Assembly (NCBI GenBank): GCA_963575745.1
Contig: CAUYUJ010000001.1
Location: 2,480,001-2,544,000, forward strand
DNA length: 64,000 bases
Direction: 5' to 3'
Source of the DNA: Prorocentrum cordatum
Lineage: Eukaryota
The position numbers and the translations under genes are program-made. The first letter of the stretch is position 1, and each line of letters opens with the position of its first letter. A model generated the notes under the pieces. It saw only the letters and a list, made by a program, of their open reading frames with translations. It was not told the origin of the DNA and made no database searches. Positions 49,972 through 62,337 of the stretch are shown in pieces.

Positions 49972-52549
49972 CACGAAACGAAGAGCGAGACGGGGGCGAC
50001 GAGCTGGACTCCGCGAGAGTCCCCAGCAGGCGCGCGCGCGCGCGCCGAAAGCCCGCCAGCACCAGCGCCGCGTGCACGAACACCCCGACGCTCCCACCGA
50101 GCAGGTTCAGCGCCAGCCCAGACGCCCAGCCCAGGGCGCTCCAGCCGCCGTGGGCGCGCAGCGACGCCGGGGCAGCGGCGGGCGGCCCCGCGAGCGCCGG
50201 CGGCGCCGCCTCCGCGGGCGGCGGCCCGCGCCTCTGGGCGGGCGGCTCCGGCCCCGCTGGGCTTCCAGGCGGTGCGCGGTGTGGGAGCCGCGGGGCACCG
50301 GAGGGATGGGCACGCGGGAGCCTCCGCGCAGTGGAGGTCGGGACAGCGCGGGCAGGGCGAGATCTCCACTCGCCAGGCGCGGTCCACTCCCGAACGGACC
50401 ACGCTGCCAGCCAGGCTATCGCCGCCGAGACGCTCGGGCTCGGCTGCATGGTGAGCAAGAGCCAGGAGGTGTACGGACGGCCTCTCCTGCACTGCCAGTT
50501 TCAGGGTGCGGCGGCGCGCGAGTCTCGCAGCTGGCTGCCGAGTGGAAGGATGAAAAGATAGTAGTAATGAGGAGTACGCGCACGGGCTCGAGGGGAGGGG
50601 GAGACATATAAGCAGGAGGATAGTATGTCCGAGGGGCAAACTTATGACGAATGTGCCAGACACTCCACCGCGTGTTCTTCCTGCACGCTTCTCCCACAGG
50701 CACCTTGGCAGCCTCCAGTTCAGGAGAGCTGCCACGGCGCAGAATCTTAGCTCAGAGTCGGGGAGACGCTGAGCCCGAGTCGTCCTGGGGAAACCATAAG
50801 GTACCGATACCGCTACTCCCCGGACCTCTCCAGGGGTGCGTTCTGACCAGACTTTCGAGGCGAATGCAGCAGTGGCGACGAGGGCCTCCCGGAAGGCCCA
50901 AAAAGGGGAAAACGGGCGAGGGGGCAGAGGTTTGGGTACCTTCTCCTCCTCCGACGTCCGTCCGCCCGTCGTACCGTGCATGACAGGGGGCGCGGACTCC
51001 TCAGCTCGCCCATCTCCAGGGTGGCCAACTCCTCCCGCAAGCGCTGCACCTGCAGGCCAGCCCGGGGGGGGGACGCACCGTGGGGACCGCAACGGTGAGC
51101 CGCGGGAGCGAGAGGAGGGGGAGTGCAAAGCGCCCCATTTCCCCCTCCCCAACCCGGTTTTCCTTCGCCTCCTCCGCCTCCTCCTCCAGCTCCTCCTCCT
51201 CCTCCTCCTCCTCCTCCTCCACCTCTTTCTCCTCCTCCTCCTCCTCCTCCTCCTCCTCCTCCTCCTCCTCCTCCTCCTCCCCCCATCCTGCCCCATTCCC
51301 TTGACATTTCCCTCCCCCACTCTTCTCCTCCTCCTCCCTCCCCCTCCCTCCCTCCGAGCGCCCGCTCGGCCCCGGCCCAGGGCCCCCGAGCTTGCGCCAG
51401 GGTGCCCCCGCGCCACCCGCCGCTCCCTTCCCACCCTCGCCACCCTCAGCATTCCCGCCCGCGCGCGGTGGACCTCGGCGCGGCTCGGCGGCCTCGGCGG
51501 CCTCGGCGGCCCAGCCGTGCAGTTGCGCAGCGCCGCGCGCAGTACGCGCGGGCGCAAGGCCGCGGCGCGGCCCTCCACTTGCCCTCAGCGTTCGGCGAGG
51601 TCGAGCGCCATCGTGGGCAGCAGTTGTCCTCGCTCGGCTCGCTCGGCGCTGCGCTGAGCGAGGCCCTGGCTGCTCGCCGCCCTCTCGATGCTCCTGCTGG
51701 TGCGGCGGCGGGTGATGATGTGGGGCTTTGCAGCGATGGCGGCGACGTCAGCGCAGGAGAAACTGCAGATGGTGGTGGGCAGATCCCTTCGAATGAGGAG
51801 TTCGAGGAGTCGCTCCGCGGCCTTGACGGCCCCAGCCGCCTCGAAGCCATGGATGCCTGCGTACGTGGCGGCGGTCAGGGCCGCTGCGGAGGCGGCAACA
51901 CAGGAGGCTGAGGCTGCTGCCGCAGCTGCTGCTGCTGCTGCTGCTGCTGCGCCGGCGCCGGTGCTCGGCCCTTCGGCCAACGACCAGAGGGTCTCGGGGG
52001 AGGTCTTGGCGGAGAGGAGCGGCGGATGCACTGCTGACAGGCCGCTGGCCGACGGCGTGCTGGCAGCCGAGGTCGAGCACCCCGACCACGACGGCCGAAG
52101 GCCCCTTCGGGGGATGGTTGCTTTGCTGCCTGCTGCCGAGGCGGGCTGGGCGTCCCGGACCGGGCGTGGGCGGCTCCTCGGAGACGTCGATGCACTTCGT
52201 GGAGGTGTTGGGAGCGCGGCGGCGGCGGGCCCCACGGGCGGCCTGCGCGGCATGGGCCTTCCCTCGGACGACGCGTCCGGCAAGCAGCTGTGACGGCTGC
52301 GGAGTGCGGGCGCTCGGAGTTCTTCGGGCCGATTGGCACGGTGGTGCTCGTTTTTGTGTTCCTGTCGCTCGGCGACCTGGGCGCCGCGGTCAAGACCGAG
52401 GCCCTGTCGCTGCCGCTGGCGTTGGCCGTGTGCCAGCTGCACGAGGCCCTCGTGGCGCCGCCCCGTTGGGGTGCCGCGTGTTCCAGGCGGGCGTGATCAC
52501 TCGTTTCGCCTCCACCGCATTCTCCCGCAATCTCTCCCCCCCTCCCTCC

Positions 52550-52935
52550 CTTCTCCTCCTCCTCCTCCTCCTCCTCCTCCTCCTCCTCCTCCTCCTCCTC
52601 CTCCCCCTTCCCCTCCTCCATCCTCCATCCTCCATCCTCCATCCTCCATCCTCCATCCTCCGTCCTCCATCCTCCATCCTCCATCCTCCTCCTCCTCCTC
52701 CTCCTCCTCCTCCTCCTCCTCCTCCTCTTCCTCCATCCTCCATCCTCCATCCTCCATCCTCCTCCTCCGTCCTCCATCCTCCTCCTCCGTCCTCCGTCCT
52801 CCGTCCTCCGTCCTCCGTCCTCCCTCCTCCGTCCTCCCTCCTCCGTCCTCCGTCCTCCCTCCTCCGTCCTCCCTCCTTCGTCCTCCCTCCTCCTCCTCCT
52901 CCTCCTCCTCCTCCTCCTCCTCCTCCTCCTCCTCC
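52550..52935. repeat. Compound (CCT)n / (CCATCCT)n / (CCGTCCT)n satellite
   Basis: Direct reading. Confidence 0.95.
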
Positions 52936-54021
52936 CTTCTCGGTCCCACTCTCCCTTCGCAGAGGGGGGGCGCGCCGCCCTGCGAGACGCGGGTCGGCGG
53001 CCCGGCGGGCCGGGGGGGCCCGCACCCCCGCAGGCAGCGGGGGGGAAAGCCGCAGGCACAACTCGGGCAGGCGGGGGGGAAAGCCGCATGTACACCTCGG
53101 CAGGCAGGCACACCTCGGGCGGGCGGCGTTTCTTATGCGCGTCGAACAGACGTTCATTCCTCCACCATGGGGGTAGGTATCCAAGCGCGTGGGCATGTGA
53201 TAAGCATCCTTCCATCGGGGGGATCGGCATCCAGACGTGAATCCTGTGTGCCCAACCGTGCGATTGGCGATCCTGGCGGGCTGCGGGCGGGAACGGATGG
53301 CAGGCGGGCGGTATCGGGGTTCCGGATGCAACTCCGCGGGGGGTCTCTTCCGTAGGGCCCGATCTGGGCGCGGCGCCCATCTTTGGGCCGGATGTCAATC
53401 TGGCACAATATCTCCACCCCACGGGTTGGATGCTGTCAAGCACGAAAGGGAGTTCTGACCCCCCCCAACTCTAAAACAAACCAAACGTGAAAGTGTGTTG
53501 CTCTTCCTTACGGGGGGGGATCCAGGAAACGCCTCCGCCCCCCCGTGAAAAAAAACAAATCTCCAACACGGGATCCCGAGCAGCCACTCTTTCCTGGCCC
53601 AAGAAGTCCTTAGAATACCCACGAGGCCTGCTCCACTTCCTCCACCTCTCCGCCTCGTCTTCACCCCCTCCCATTATTCCCCATCCTTTTCCCTTGTAAC
53701 AAGATGGCCGCGAAACGAAACGTGAAGCGCGACACGCGAGAAAACTAATCATTGGAAACGGATACAAAAGAACTTGAAACAAAACAAACGGAAACGCACA
53801 AACAACTGGGCTGAACGAAACGCCCGTACGCACGGAAAGGAAACGCAACAAAACAAACCATACGAAACAGCATAGTGATAATCGCATGGCCTCTCCAAGC
53901 CCCGAAGTCTTCCGCAAACACTTGCAGGGATCCATGCAGGTTTCTTTCTGGGGCGCGCCCTGTTTTGAGCCGCGGAGAAGGAGGGGGCCGAGGACATGGG
54001 CGGTAGGTGGAAAAAACTGAG

Positions 54022-54193
54022 TCGGGGATGGACAGACCTCCCTTTAGTAAAACGTGGTTTAGTGAAAACGACCTGAGGCCCAAACCTGGCGGGCGCAAGC
54101 CTGGAAAATAACGGCCGCGGCGCCCTCTCGAGAGCCGAAAACGGACAATACACTAATCGACGTGTCACTGTTGGGGGTTCTGTCCGCCCCCGA
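54022..54193. mobile_element. TCGGG-MITE family D
   Basis: TCGGGGATGGACAGA / TCTGTCCGCCCCCGA; perfect TSD CTGAG. Confidence 0.88.
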
Positions 54194-55693
54194 CTGAGAA
54201 GCCGCTCTGTTGCCGCGATGCACCAAGACAAAACGCGCTGAGCCGCTCGACCTTAAGCGCACCGTCTGCAGCCTGGCGCACTCGCTCGATCTTCTTCTTT
54301 GCCCAGCGGGGGCGCGTACTGCAGGTTCGGGTCGTGTCGACCCCGGCGTTGGTTCCCGACACCGCGCTGGATCGTTCAACCTTGAACGATCGGCCGTCTC
54401 CGCAACGTCCGATCGTTCAACATCGATCGATTCTGGGTCGCCGGCGGCGTTCAACCTTGAACGCCCGCGCTGGGGTCGCCGCGAGTCGACACGACGCGAA
54501 CCTACCGTAGCTATCGTTGACATGCCCCTCCCGCCTGCCTCGGCGGGGGAGGCCTCTGCAGCGGCAGCGGGGACCTCTCCAGCCCCTGCTGGCGCTCCCT
54601 GGCTCTCCTCCTCGGCCAGGGCGCCCCGGGCCTCTGCGCGCTTCGCCTGCGCGGCCGCTGGGGCCGCGGCCTGTGCTGGTTTCGGCTCCATGCCGCCGAG
54701 CCGGGGCCAGGCCTCTGGTTTCGTCTCATCGGCTGCTGGTGGTGCGCTGCCCCAGGACTCGCTTGCACGCGTCTCGGCGGCCGACTTGAGCGCCTCCTGC
54801 GCCGGGCCAGCGCGCGTGCAGCGGCCTCGCTCTCCGCCCGCCAAACAGCGCTGCGTTCGTCTGCAGCGCGGCGCCTTGCCTGGCCGCGTTGCCTGGCGAG
54901 ATTTCAAAGCTAAATGCAGCAGGACTTACCGGGGCAGGCTCGGGCACTTCGCAGAGCCCATGGCAGCGCGCGTTGTATGGAAGCTCGCGCGGGACAGTTT
55001 AAAACAAATGCGCCGCGCCATGCCTCTCTATTCCTTGGGCCCACGGAAGCAAGCTTCATAGGCAAACTTGTCGGGGCCCCGCGCATTGTCTGGGCGTCGC
55101 GTGAACGCGGGGTAACTCCAGGGGCGCTCGCGTGAAGCCAATTCAATTTCGGTCGGCTCGTGGGCCCGCGGGGGAACTCGGGGGGCGCCAGCTTCGAGCC
55201 AGTTCATTTCCGACCCCGATTGGACCCCAAAAGGGTGAATCTCCGACGTAGCGCCAGAGCGACAGGTAGCCCGAGGCGCCTTCTCGCGCTCCTTCTGGCG
55301 CTCCGCCTCATTGGCGGCCCTGCAGCCCGCTTGGGGGGAAGGGTCGGCGCGTGCTTTGGGCCCCTCTCAGAGCTGGAGACAGGCCCCATGCAGAGCGACA
55401 GGGGGGCTGCCCCGCCCGGGGCCGGCCACAGGGCTCAAGCAAAAATCTGGTGCCCAACTCCTGTCGGCCTCGGGGGGTCGGGCGAGCTCGAAGGGGGCCG
55501 GGCGGAGCAAGGCCCCGGGTTATATCTTGCAAAAACGCTCCGGCGCAAGGGCCGCCAAGGATGGCGGCCCGCGCGCCCGGGGCAGCGTCCAAGCTTTAGA
55601 CGACTCTCAGGGGCGCCGAGCCTTGCGCGGCGCAGGCAGGACGCGCGTCGCCGCTGTCCGCGTCGCATCTGATCTGATCTCGGCCCCCGACTG

Positions 55694-55891
55694 TCGGGTC
55701 GGGCGAAAGGGGGGGATAGCAAAGGGGGGGTTTGAGAGTCAGCTCACGTAGCTGATTTTCCCGGCGCCTCCCGGCGCCGGGAGGCGCCCATGTATATCGA
55801 GGAATGGGCCCCTCGGTCGGGCCGAAACCAGCTGCATGCAGCAGATTTCGTAAACCCCCCTTTCCCAACCCCCCCGTTTCGCCCGACCCGA
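55694..55891. mobile_element. TCGGG-MITE family C, copy 2
   Basis: Highly similar to 40340-40534. TIR TCGGGTCGGGCGAAA / TTTCGCCCGACCCGA; perfect TSD GACTG. Confidence 0.93.
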
Positions 55892-58800
55892 GACTGGCTC
55901 CGGCTCCTTCCCCGTCGCCGGCCTCTCGCCCTGAGCTGGCGCTGCATGCGGCCCTAGGGCCGGGGGGCGGCTTCCGGCCCCGCGCGCTTCCGCCTCTGCC
56001 CTGCGCGCCTGGGCCAGCCCCCGACTCAGTGTCATTCGTCTCTCAGGGCCTGCCTCGTCGCTGGCTGCAGCAGGGGCCGCCGCTCCTCGGCCAGGGCGGC
56101 GGGGGCCTGTGGCCCATGCGCTTCCGCGGCGGCTGGGGCCGCGCCCTCCGCAGGCGTCGCCCCCATCTCGCCCGCGCGGCGCCTTGCCGGGCGAGATGTG
56201 GCGGCATTTCTGGGGCGCCAGCATCGAGAGGGCTGGCGCTCTGCGCGCCCGAAGCGAATATCAAGGCGCAGAAAGCTTAAAACGAGGGCCTAACATCTGC
56301 GCGGCAGCGTCGGGAAGGCGGGGTGCGAGGCTGCGCTTGTCGCTTCGGATCGTGCGTCGGCCCCTGGAGACCTCGACGCCTTCTGCGGGGTGGCATGTGA
56401 CCCTGACAGGGCCCCGGAACAAATTGCCCGGCGCCAGTAACTCGCCCGCGCGCTCACAGAAGGCAGGGGGCCCACTCAAATCGGGCCAGGCCCCGGGCCC
56501 GAAATCTCCGACAGCGCGACGGGGACGCCAGATGGTGGTGGCAACGAAAACGAAAGACGTGCGGCGCCTCCTCGCTGCCCTTCCGACGCCCCGCCTCCTG
56601 GGTGGCCCTGCGGCCCGCCTGGCAAGAAACATTCGCCACTGTTTCGGCCCCGGGGGCGGCCCCCCCCGCGCCTGGGGCACTTATCGGCGCTCAAACGAAT
56701 CACCCTGGCAACGCGCCCAATCCTTGCGCAGCGCATAGTCATGATAGCTGGGCATGCGTTATGGAATGTGCAAACACGGGAAGGAGATAGACGCCTCTGC
56801 GAACGACATTCGGGGGGCTCGCGAAATCCGCGACTCGCGGGCCACCGATCGAAGAACAAGAGATCGATGGAAGAGACTCGTTGAGCCGTCGGGCCGCGAC
56901 GGCCCTCGGAGCCGGCGGCAACTTCGCAGATTTCATCTTCCTCTGGATGGCGAGGTCGAACCTGAATTCGCAACGGAATGTCGCGACGCTGCCCCCCCCC
57001 CTCCCGCGGAAACGGCGGCAATGGGGCGCGGGAAATGGCGGGGGGGGCATCGGCATGTCACCTCTGGAGCGTGCTCTGGCAGCGGAAAGGGGGCATGGCA
57101 GCCGGGGAAATTGCAGCTGGAGGCAAGGGGGTGACGACGAGAGGAGGGCAGAAGAAGGAGAGAGATTATGCTTCGATGCGCGCTGGCAAACAGGCGCAGT
57201 CAGCGCAAAAACAAAGCGTGGCGGAGATCCTCTGCCAGCTGCTGCGCCTCTTCCGGACGTATCCCAGCGCGGGAGTTAAAAGCGCGCGGGCGCGCCGGTG
57301 GCCCTTGAGAGCGTCGCATAGAGGTGCGGCCGCCGGCCGTCCTGGTCGCCGTCGTTGCGTCCGGCGTCGGCGATGGCTCCGCGGCGAATGGCCCAGCCCT
57401 GACGGGCCGTGGAGGTCAGGGCTTCGGCGCGGGAAATGGGGGGGCCAGCGCGCCTGACCTTGCGCGTGCGACAGGAAGGGGCTCGAGGACTGCGGCTCGA
57501 TGAACACCACTCTTGCTGCGTTGGAGGCGTCGGCGTCGTTGCCGCACCCCGCGAGCTTCTCGCCGAAGGCGGGGGCCTCGCACTTGCCAGGGCGGCCCCG
57601 GGCGCCGAAAAGCAGATGCCCCAGGTGTGCCGGGCGATTCGTTTCTTTCGCCGACTTCGCCTCTGCCTCGCCCAGGGGGTTGATGGCTGCGCCCGCGACC
57701 TCGCCCTCGGCGGTCTTGGCCAAAATCATGTCGAGGTCCAAATGTCAACGGCCGAATCCGCGCGCCCGCGCCCGCCGCCCGTCGCGGCCGGGTCGACGCG
57801 GTTCGCGAGCTTCGCGGCCGAGTCCACGGGGGGCGCGGGCGAAGGCGAGTCGGCGGCATGGACGAACGAGGGTGAGCGCCTGGCGGAGGGAATTGGTCTA
57901 TCTCCTCGCTCGCATCATCACCCATCGAGTGACGGCGTCCAAAACCGAACGATCACGTGCCCAGTCTGAATCTGCGGCGAATGCCCACTACGCGGGTACT
58001 CCCAGCAGCCCTCGACATTTCGCAGATCGCAGACCCTCAGGGACGGCGAGGTCGAATCTGCCTCTTCGCCGAGTCCCCTCTGTGCTGGCCCCCCAACAGC
58101 CCTCGAAAGTGGCGACACTTTCGCAGATAGCAGCCCCCCCTCAGGATGCCCCCGCGACGGCCCATATTGGCTCGCACGACTGCCTCCGCAGGCGCCAGTC
58201 GGGTCGAGAGCGCGCTATGATTGCCCAGTAAACCATCAAGAGCTCAATGTCGTCCTCAAGACGCTCCCGAGAGCCCTTTACAACCGAGAAGGACCCCAAA
58301 AAGCCTCTTCCTCCTCCCTCTCTTCATCATCTTGCTATTCCCCCTTCCATCTCCACAATCACATGATGCGCGTAAAGAAACTCCGAATCACCCGTCGCCG
58401 ACATCTTCCTCCAGCCCTTCATCCACAACATTCGGAAACACCAGACGTCGTCCTCCTGTCAGCAAACTACGCATGGTCTCCCCAACAACTGTGTATACGA
58501 CTGCGGGGGGACCCGGACTTCTCCTCCTCCTCCTCCTTCTCCTCCTCCTCGTCGTCCCCCTCCCTCTCCTCCTCTACAGTGCGGGCGCGGCCGCAAGAAA
58601 CCCTCGCAAGAAACCCAACCCTGAGAACCCGTGCGCGAGGTGCACCAGAGGGAAAACCTGGAGGACCCTGAGCGCAGCAGCTCCTCCAACGGCTGCGGGA
58701 AGCCACCGCGCAGCGCGGGGAGCGAAGAAACCCAGGATACCCTGACGAAAAGCATATGGTTTCTTGATGCGCGCCCCCACTGTATCTCGTCCTCCCCTCT

Positions 58801-59049
58801 TCCTCCTCATCCTCATGCACCCTGCTTCTTCCTCTTCTTCTTCCATTTTCCCTCTCCTCCTCCACCTCACTCCTCCTCTCGCGTCTCCACCTCCTCGGGT
58901 AGCGGGCTCGGCCGATACAGGGTCCGCCGCTCCCGCAGCCTGCCAGAGGGTGCCTTGCGTGTTGGATGTCGGAATACGTTCGGCCCTTCCTCACAGATTC
59001 CCTGTGGCCCTCGACCCGTCCTGCCGGCCAGTCGAAGCGATGCCCAAAA

Positions 59050-59575
59050 CTAAAAACATATGCCCTTCGACGGCAGTTCCGTCCAGGATGGCCTCAAGAC
59101 GGTGTCCAAGAGGGCCCCAGTCGCCACCAAGCCCGTCCAAGATGGCCCGAATGGCCTCCAAGAGAGCCGAGGATACCCTGAAAAAGGCGCAAGCTAGCCT
59201 CACAAACCTCAAAACAGTCAAATCTGCTCGCGTTCTCGCCGTTTCGCCCAAGAGGCCCCAAAGAGCGCCCTCCAGAACCCCGAAGAGGGCTCCAAGGAAG
59301 CCCCCAAGACGGCCCCAGAGGGCCGCGGAGCAGCTCAGAAAGGCCCCCAAGATCCAAAGGCGCCAGACGACACAAGAGCGCCTTCGGACGGTCAAGCCGA
59401 GCCCCAACATTGCCCGAACGGGCCCAAGGAGAACCCCCCCAAAAACGCCCCAGAAGCCCAAACGGCAGAAAAAGAGCCCCTGAGCCAGCCCAAAGACGGC
59501 CCCAGAGGCCCCCCTAGTGTTCGCCCACAATGGTTTTCCCAAGGGCTGGGGGAACATGCAGTCCGCCAGGGTCGC
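59050..59575 (+). repeat. GGCCCCAAGA-rich repeat
   Basis: Degenerate GGCCCCAAGA / GGCCTCCAAGA units, as at 3079-4795. Confidence 0.7.
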
Positions 59576-62170
59576 CACACTTTCGCTCGACATGTCACGA
59601 CACAGGCGTGTCCAAAAGGCAGGGGGTGGAGATGACTCGCCGTAGGCGTCTCTATTTCGAGGAACACAGGCGCGCAACATGGAACCGGACACCTGGCCCA
59701 TGGGGGAAGAGGGCGAGGGAGGGGGGAAGAGGGGCTTCGCCCCCCCTCGTCCAACTCCTCCCCTCTCCCAGCTCCTCCCCTTCTCTTCCTCGCCGCCCTC
59801 CCCCGCTCTCCCTCCGCCCCCGCTCCCCTCCGCCCTCCTCTCCCCTCTCCCCTCCCCTCCCTCCCCTCCCCTCCCCTCCCCTCTCCTTCGCTCCCCTTCG
59901 CCCTCCTCTTCCCTCTCCTGCCGCTCCCCTGGCGGAGGAAAGGCGGAGCAGCTGGAGCAGTGCGGGGCCCCAAGGCCCGCCGGGCTCGCGCGGCTGGCCA
60001 CCCTCGCCTGCTCGGTCTCTCTCGCTCCCGCTCCCGCTCGCGCTCCTGCCCCTCCCGGCTCCTCGCCGTCCTCCTCCCGCTTGCCTGGCGGCACGCGCTC
60101 GGGGACAGGGCGCGATGGGCGGCCTTCCGAGAAGGCAGAGGGCAGAGGGCTCTCTCCCCCCTCCTCCTCCTCCCCTTCCTGCCCCTCCCGCTTCCCCTAC
60201 TGCTCCCCCCCCCCCTCCCCTGACTCCTCTCCTCCTCCTCCTCCTCCTCCTCCTCCTCCTCCTCCTTCTCGTCCTCCTCCTCCTCCTCCTCCTCCTCCTC
60301 CTCCTCGTCTTCCTCCACCTTCTTTTTCGCCTCGTCCTCCTCCTCCACCTTCTCGTTCACCTCCTGTTCTTCTCCTCGTCCATCCTGTTCGTTCTGGATA
60401 ACTCCCCCTTGCCGCGTCCCGAATCGTGTCGGCCGGGCGGGCCGGGCGTGTCGCCCGAGACTTCCTCACCGCTCCTGAGCCTGACGCGCGCCGCAACTTC
60501 ACGGACGGAAGGCGGGCCGCTCGCAGACCGTGGCTCTTGCCTTCGCGCCGCGCGCGCCCGTCTGGAGAACTTGCAGGAGTTTCAGGGATTCGTACGGCCG
60601 ACGCTCCAGAGAGGGTGCTTTGACACGAGTCGAGACTGTCAGGGCGCAGCGGTCACGCTGATTCGCGGAATGGCATCTCAAGAGCGGTGTTCTGGCATGG
60701 TTCGGGATCGACGGGACGACACGGTAACGTTGATTCGCGGCGTTGCAGTCCCACGAATGGAATTCCGCAGTGTGCAAGACTTTGACACATCGTCCAGCGG
60801 GGCACTTAACTAGGTGAGAGTAGCCCTTGTAAAAAAGGGGCCTCATAGGGGCCTATGGCGACAGAACCCGGGGGAAGGTATACTGCAACATCGTTGGTGG
60901 ATCTTGCGTTTACAATGGTCCTCTTTTTCCTCCTTCTCCTCCTCCTGTTCCACGTCGTCCTAGTCCTCCCCATGCTCCCGCCTCCAAGGAAAGAGCGGCG
61001 CCCGCCTGGTCCACGGGGGCGATGGTGGTCCCCTGTTCGAAGAGAGCCGCGGTGTCTGGCGTAGGTGTGGTTGGCCCCGCCTTTTGGCAAGTCCTCCTCC
61101 TCTTCCCACTCCCCCTGCCCCTCCTCCTTTCCCCTCCCCCTCTTCTTCTTCCTCCTCCTCCTCCTCCTCCTCCTCTTCTTTTTCCTCCTCCTCCTCCTCC
61201 TCCTCCTCCTCTTCCTCCTCCTGCTCCTTATCCTGCTCCTCGTTCTCCTCCTTTTCTTCCTCCCCCTCCTTCTCCTCCGCATCTTACCCCTTCTCCTCCT
61301 GTTCCTCTTCCTCCTCCTCCTCCTCCTCCTCCTCCTCCTCCTCTCCCTCCAGATCTTCGTGCTGGTTTTTCTCCTCCTCCTCCTCCTCCTCCTCATCATC
61401 ATCATCAGCATCCATCTTCTCTCCTCCTCCCGTTCCCCCCCCGCCATCGTCGTTTGCTTCCATCCGTTCCCGCTCACCGCTCTCCTCCTGTGGTTTCCCG
61501 CAGTCGTCGCCGGCATCATTCGTCGTCCTTCCCGCCGTCCTCTTCTCTCCGTCGTCGTCCTACTCATCATGACTCTAGCCGAGCCTGACGCCCCACGGTG
61601 CGCCACGTCGGCGCGGCGGCGGTCTCCTGTGGGCTGAGCTGGCTCGCGCGCCGCGCAGGGGGGCCCTCTGCTCTGCGCGCTACCCCCTGCCCGCTCCTCC
61701 TTCCATCCACCCTCGTCACACATGGCAGTTGGCACGGCGTCGGCTTGCGCAGAGGAGGAGGAGGAGGAGGAGGAGGAGGAGCGCCACTGCCAAGAAAGAA
61801 GGGCGAACAGAGCAAGAGGAGGAGGAGGAGGAGGAGGAGGAGGAGGAGGAGGAGGAGCAGGAGGAGGAGGAGGAGGAGGAGGAGGAGGAGGAGGTGGGGG
61901 AGGCGGAGGAGGAGGAGGAGCGCCACTGCCAAGAAAAAAGGGCGGACAGAGCAAGAGGAGGAGGAGGAGGAGGAGGAGGTGGAGGAGGGGGAGGCGGAGG
62001 AGCCCAGCGTAGAGAGGAGTCCCCTACCAGTCCTCATCCTGGGCCCCTCGCCTCGTCGGGCGGGGCAGCGGCGGGCCACGCCGTCGAAGTTGGCCGAACT
62101 GATATCAGACCGCACGGCGGCGGCAGAGCAAAGAACGGGAGGATGCTGCCGGCAGAAGACAGGCAGACCA

Positions 62171-62337
62171 TAGAGGAAAGAGAACTATGCACATACACCG
62201 ATTCTGGCCAGGCCCATCCTGAGCCCAGGATCGGTGCATACGCCCTCCTACCCTGGCCAGGAAGGCACATGCACTGATCATGGGTCAAGGATGGGCCTTG
62301 CCAGGATCGGTGCATGTGCATAATTCTCTTCGCCCGA
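62171..62337. mobile_element. TCGGG-MITE family E (long TIRs, left terminus decayed)
   Basis: ~55-bp inverted arms (AAGAGAACTATGCACATACACCGATTCTGGCCAGGCCCATCCT vs the right arm). Right end CGCCCGA; perfect TSD GACCA. Confidence 0.85.

Larger units (their letters stand above)
43900..50600 (-). mobile_element. Decayed DIRS-like tyrosine-recombinase retrotransposon (gag, RT/RNase H, YR, DNMT-like)
   Basis: Colinear minus-strand domain relics listed in the next features. Termini approximate. Confidence 0.85.

Noticed and set aside
57480..57640. Walker A/B NTPase (GARGRPGKC...VVFIE)
   Set aside because: The motifs are non-canonical and could arise by chance in GC-rich sequence.
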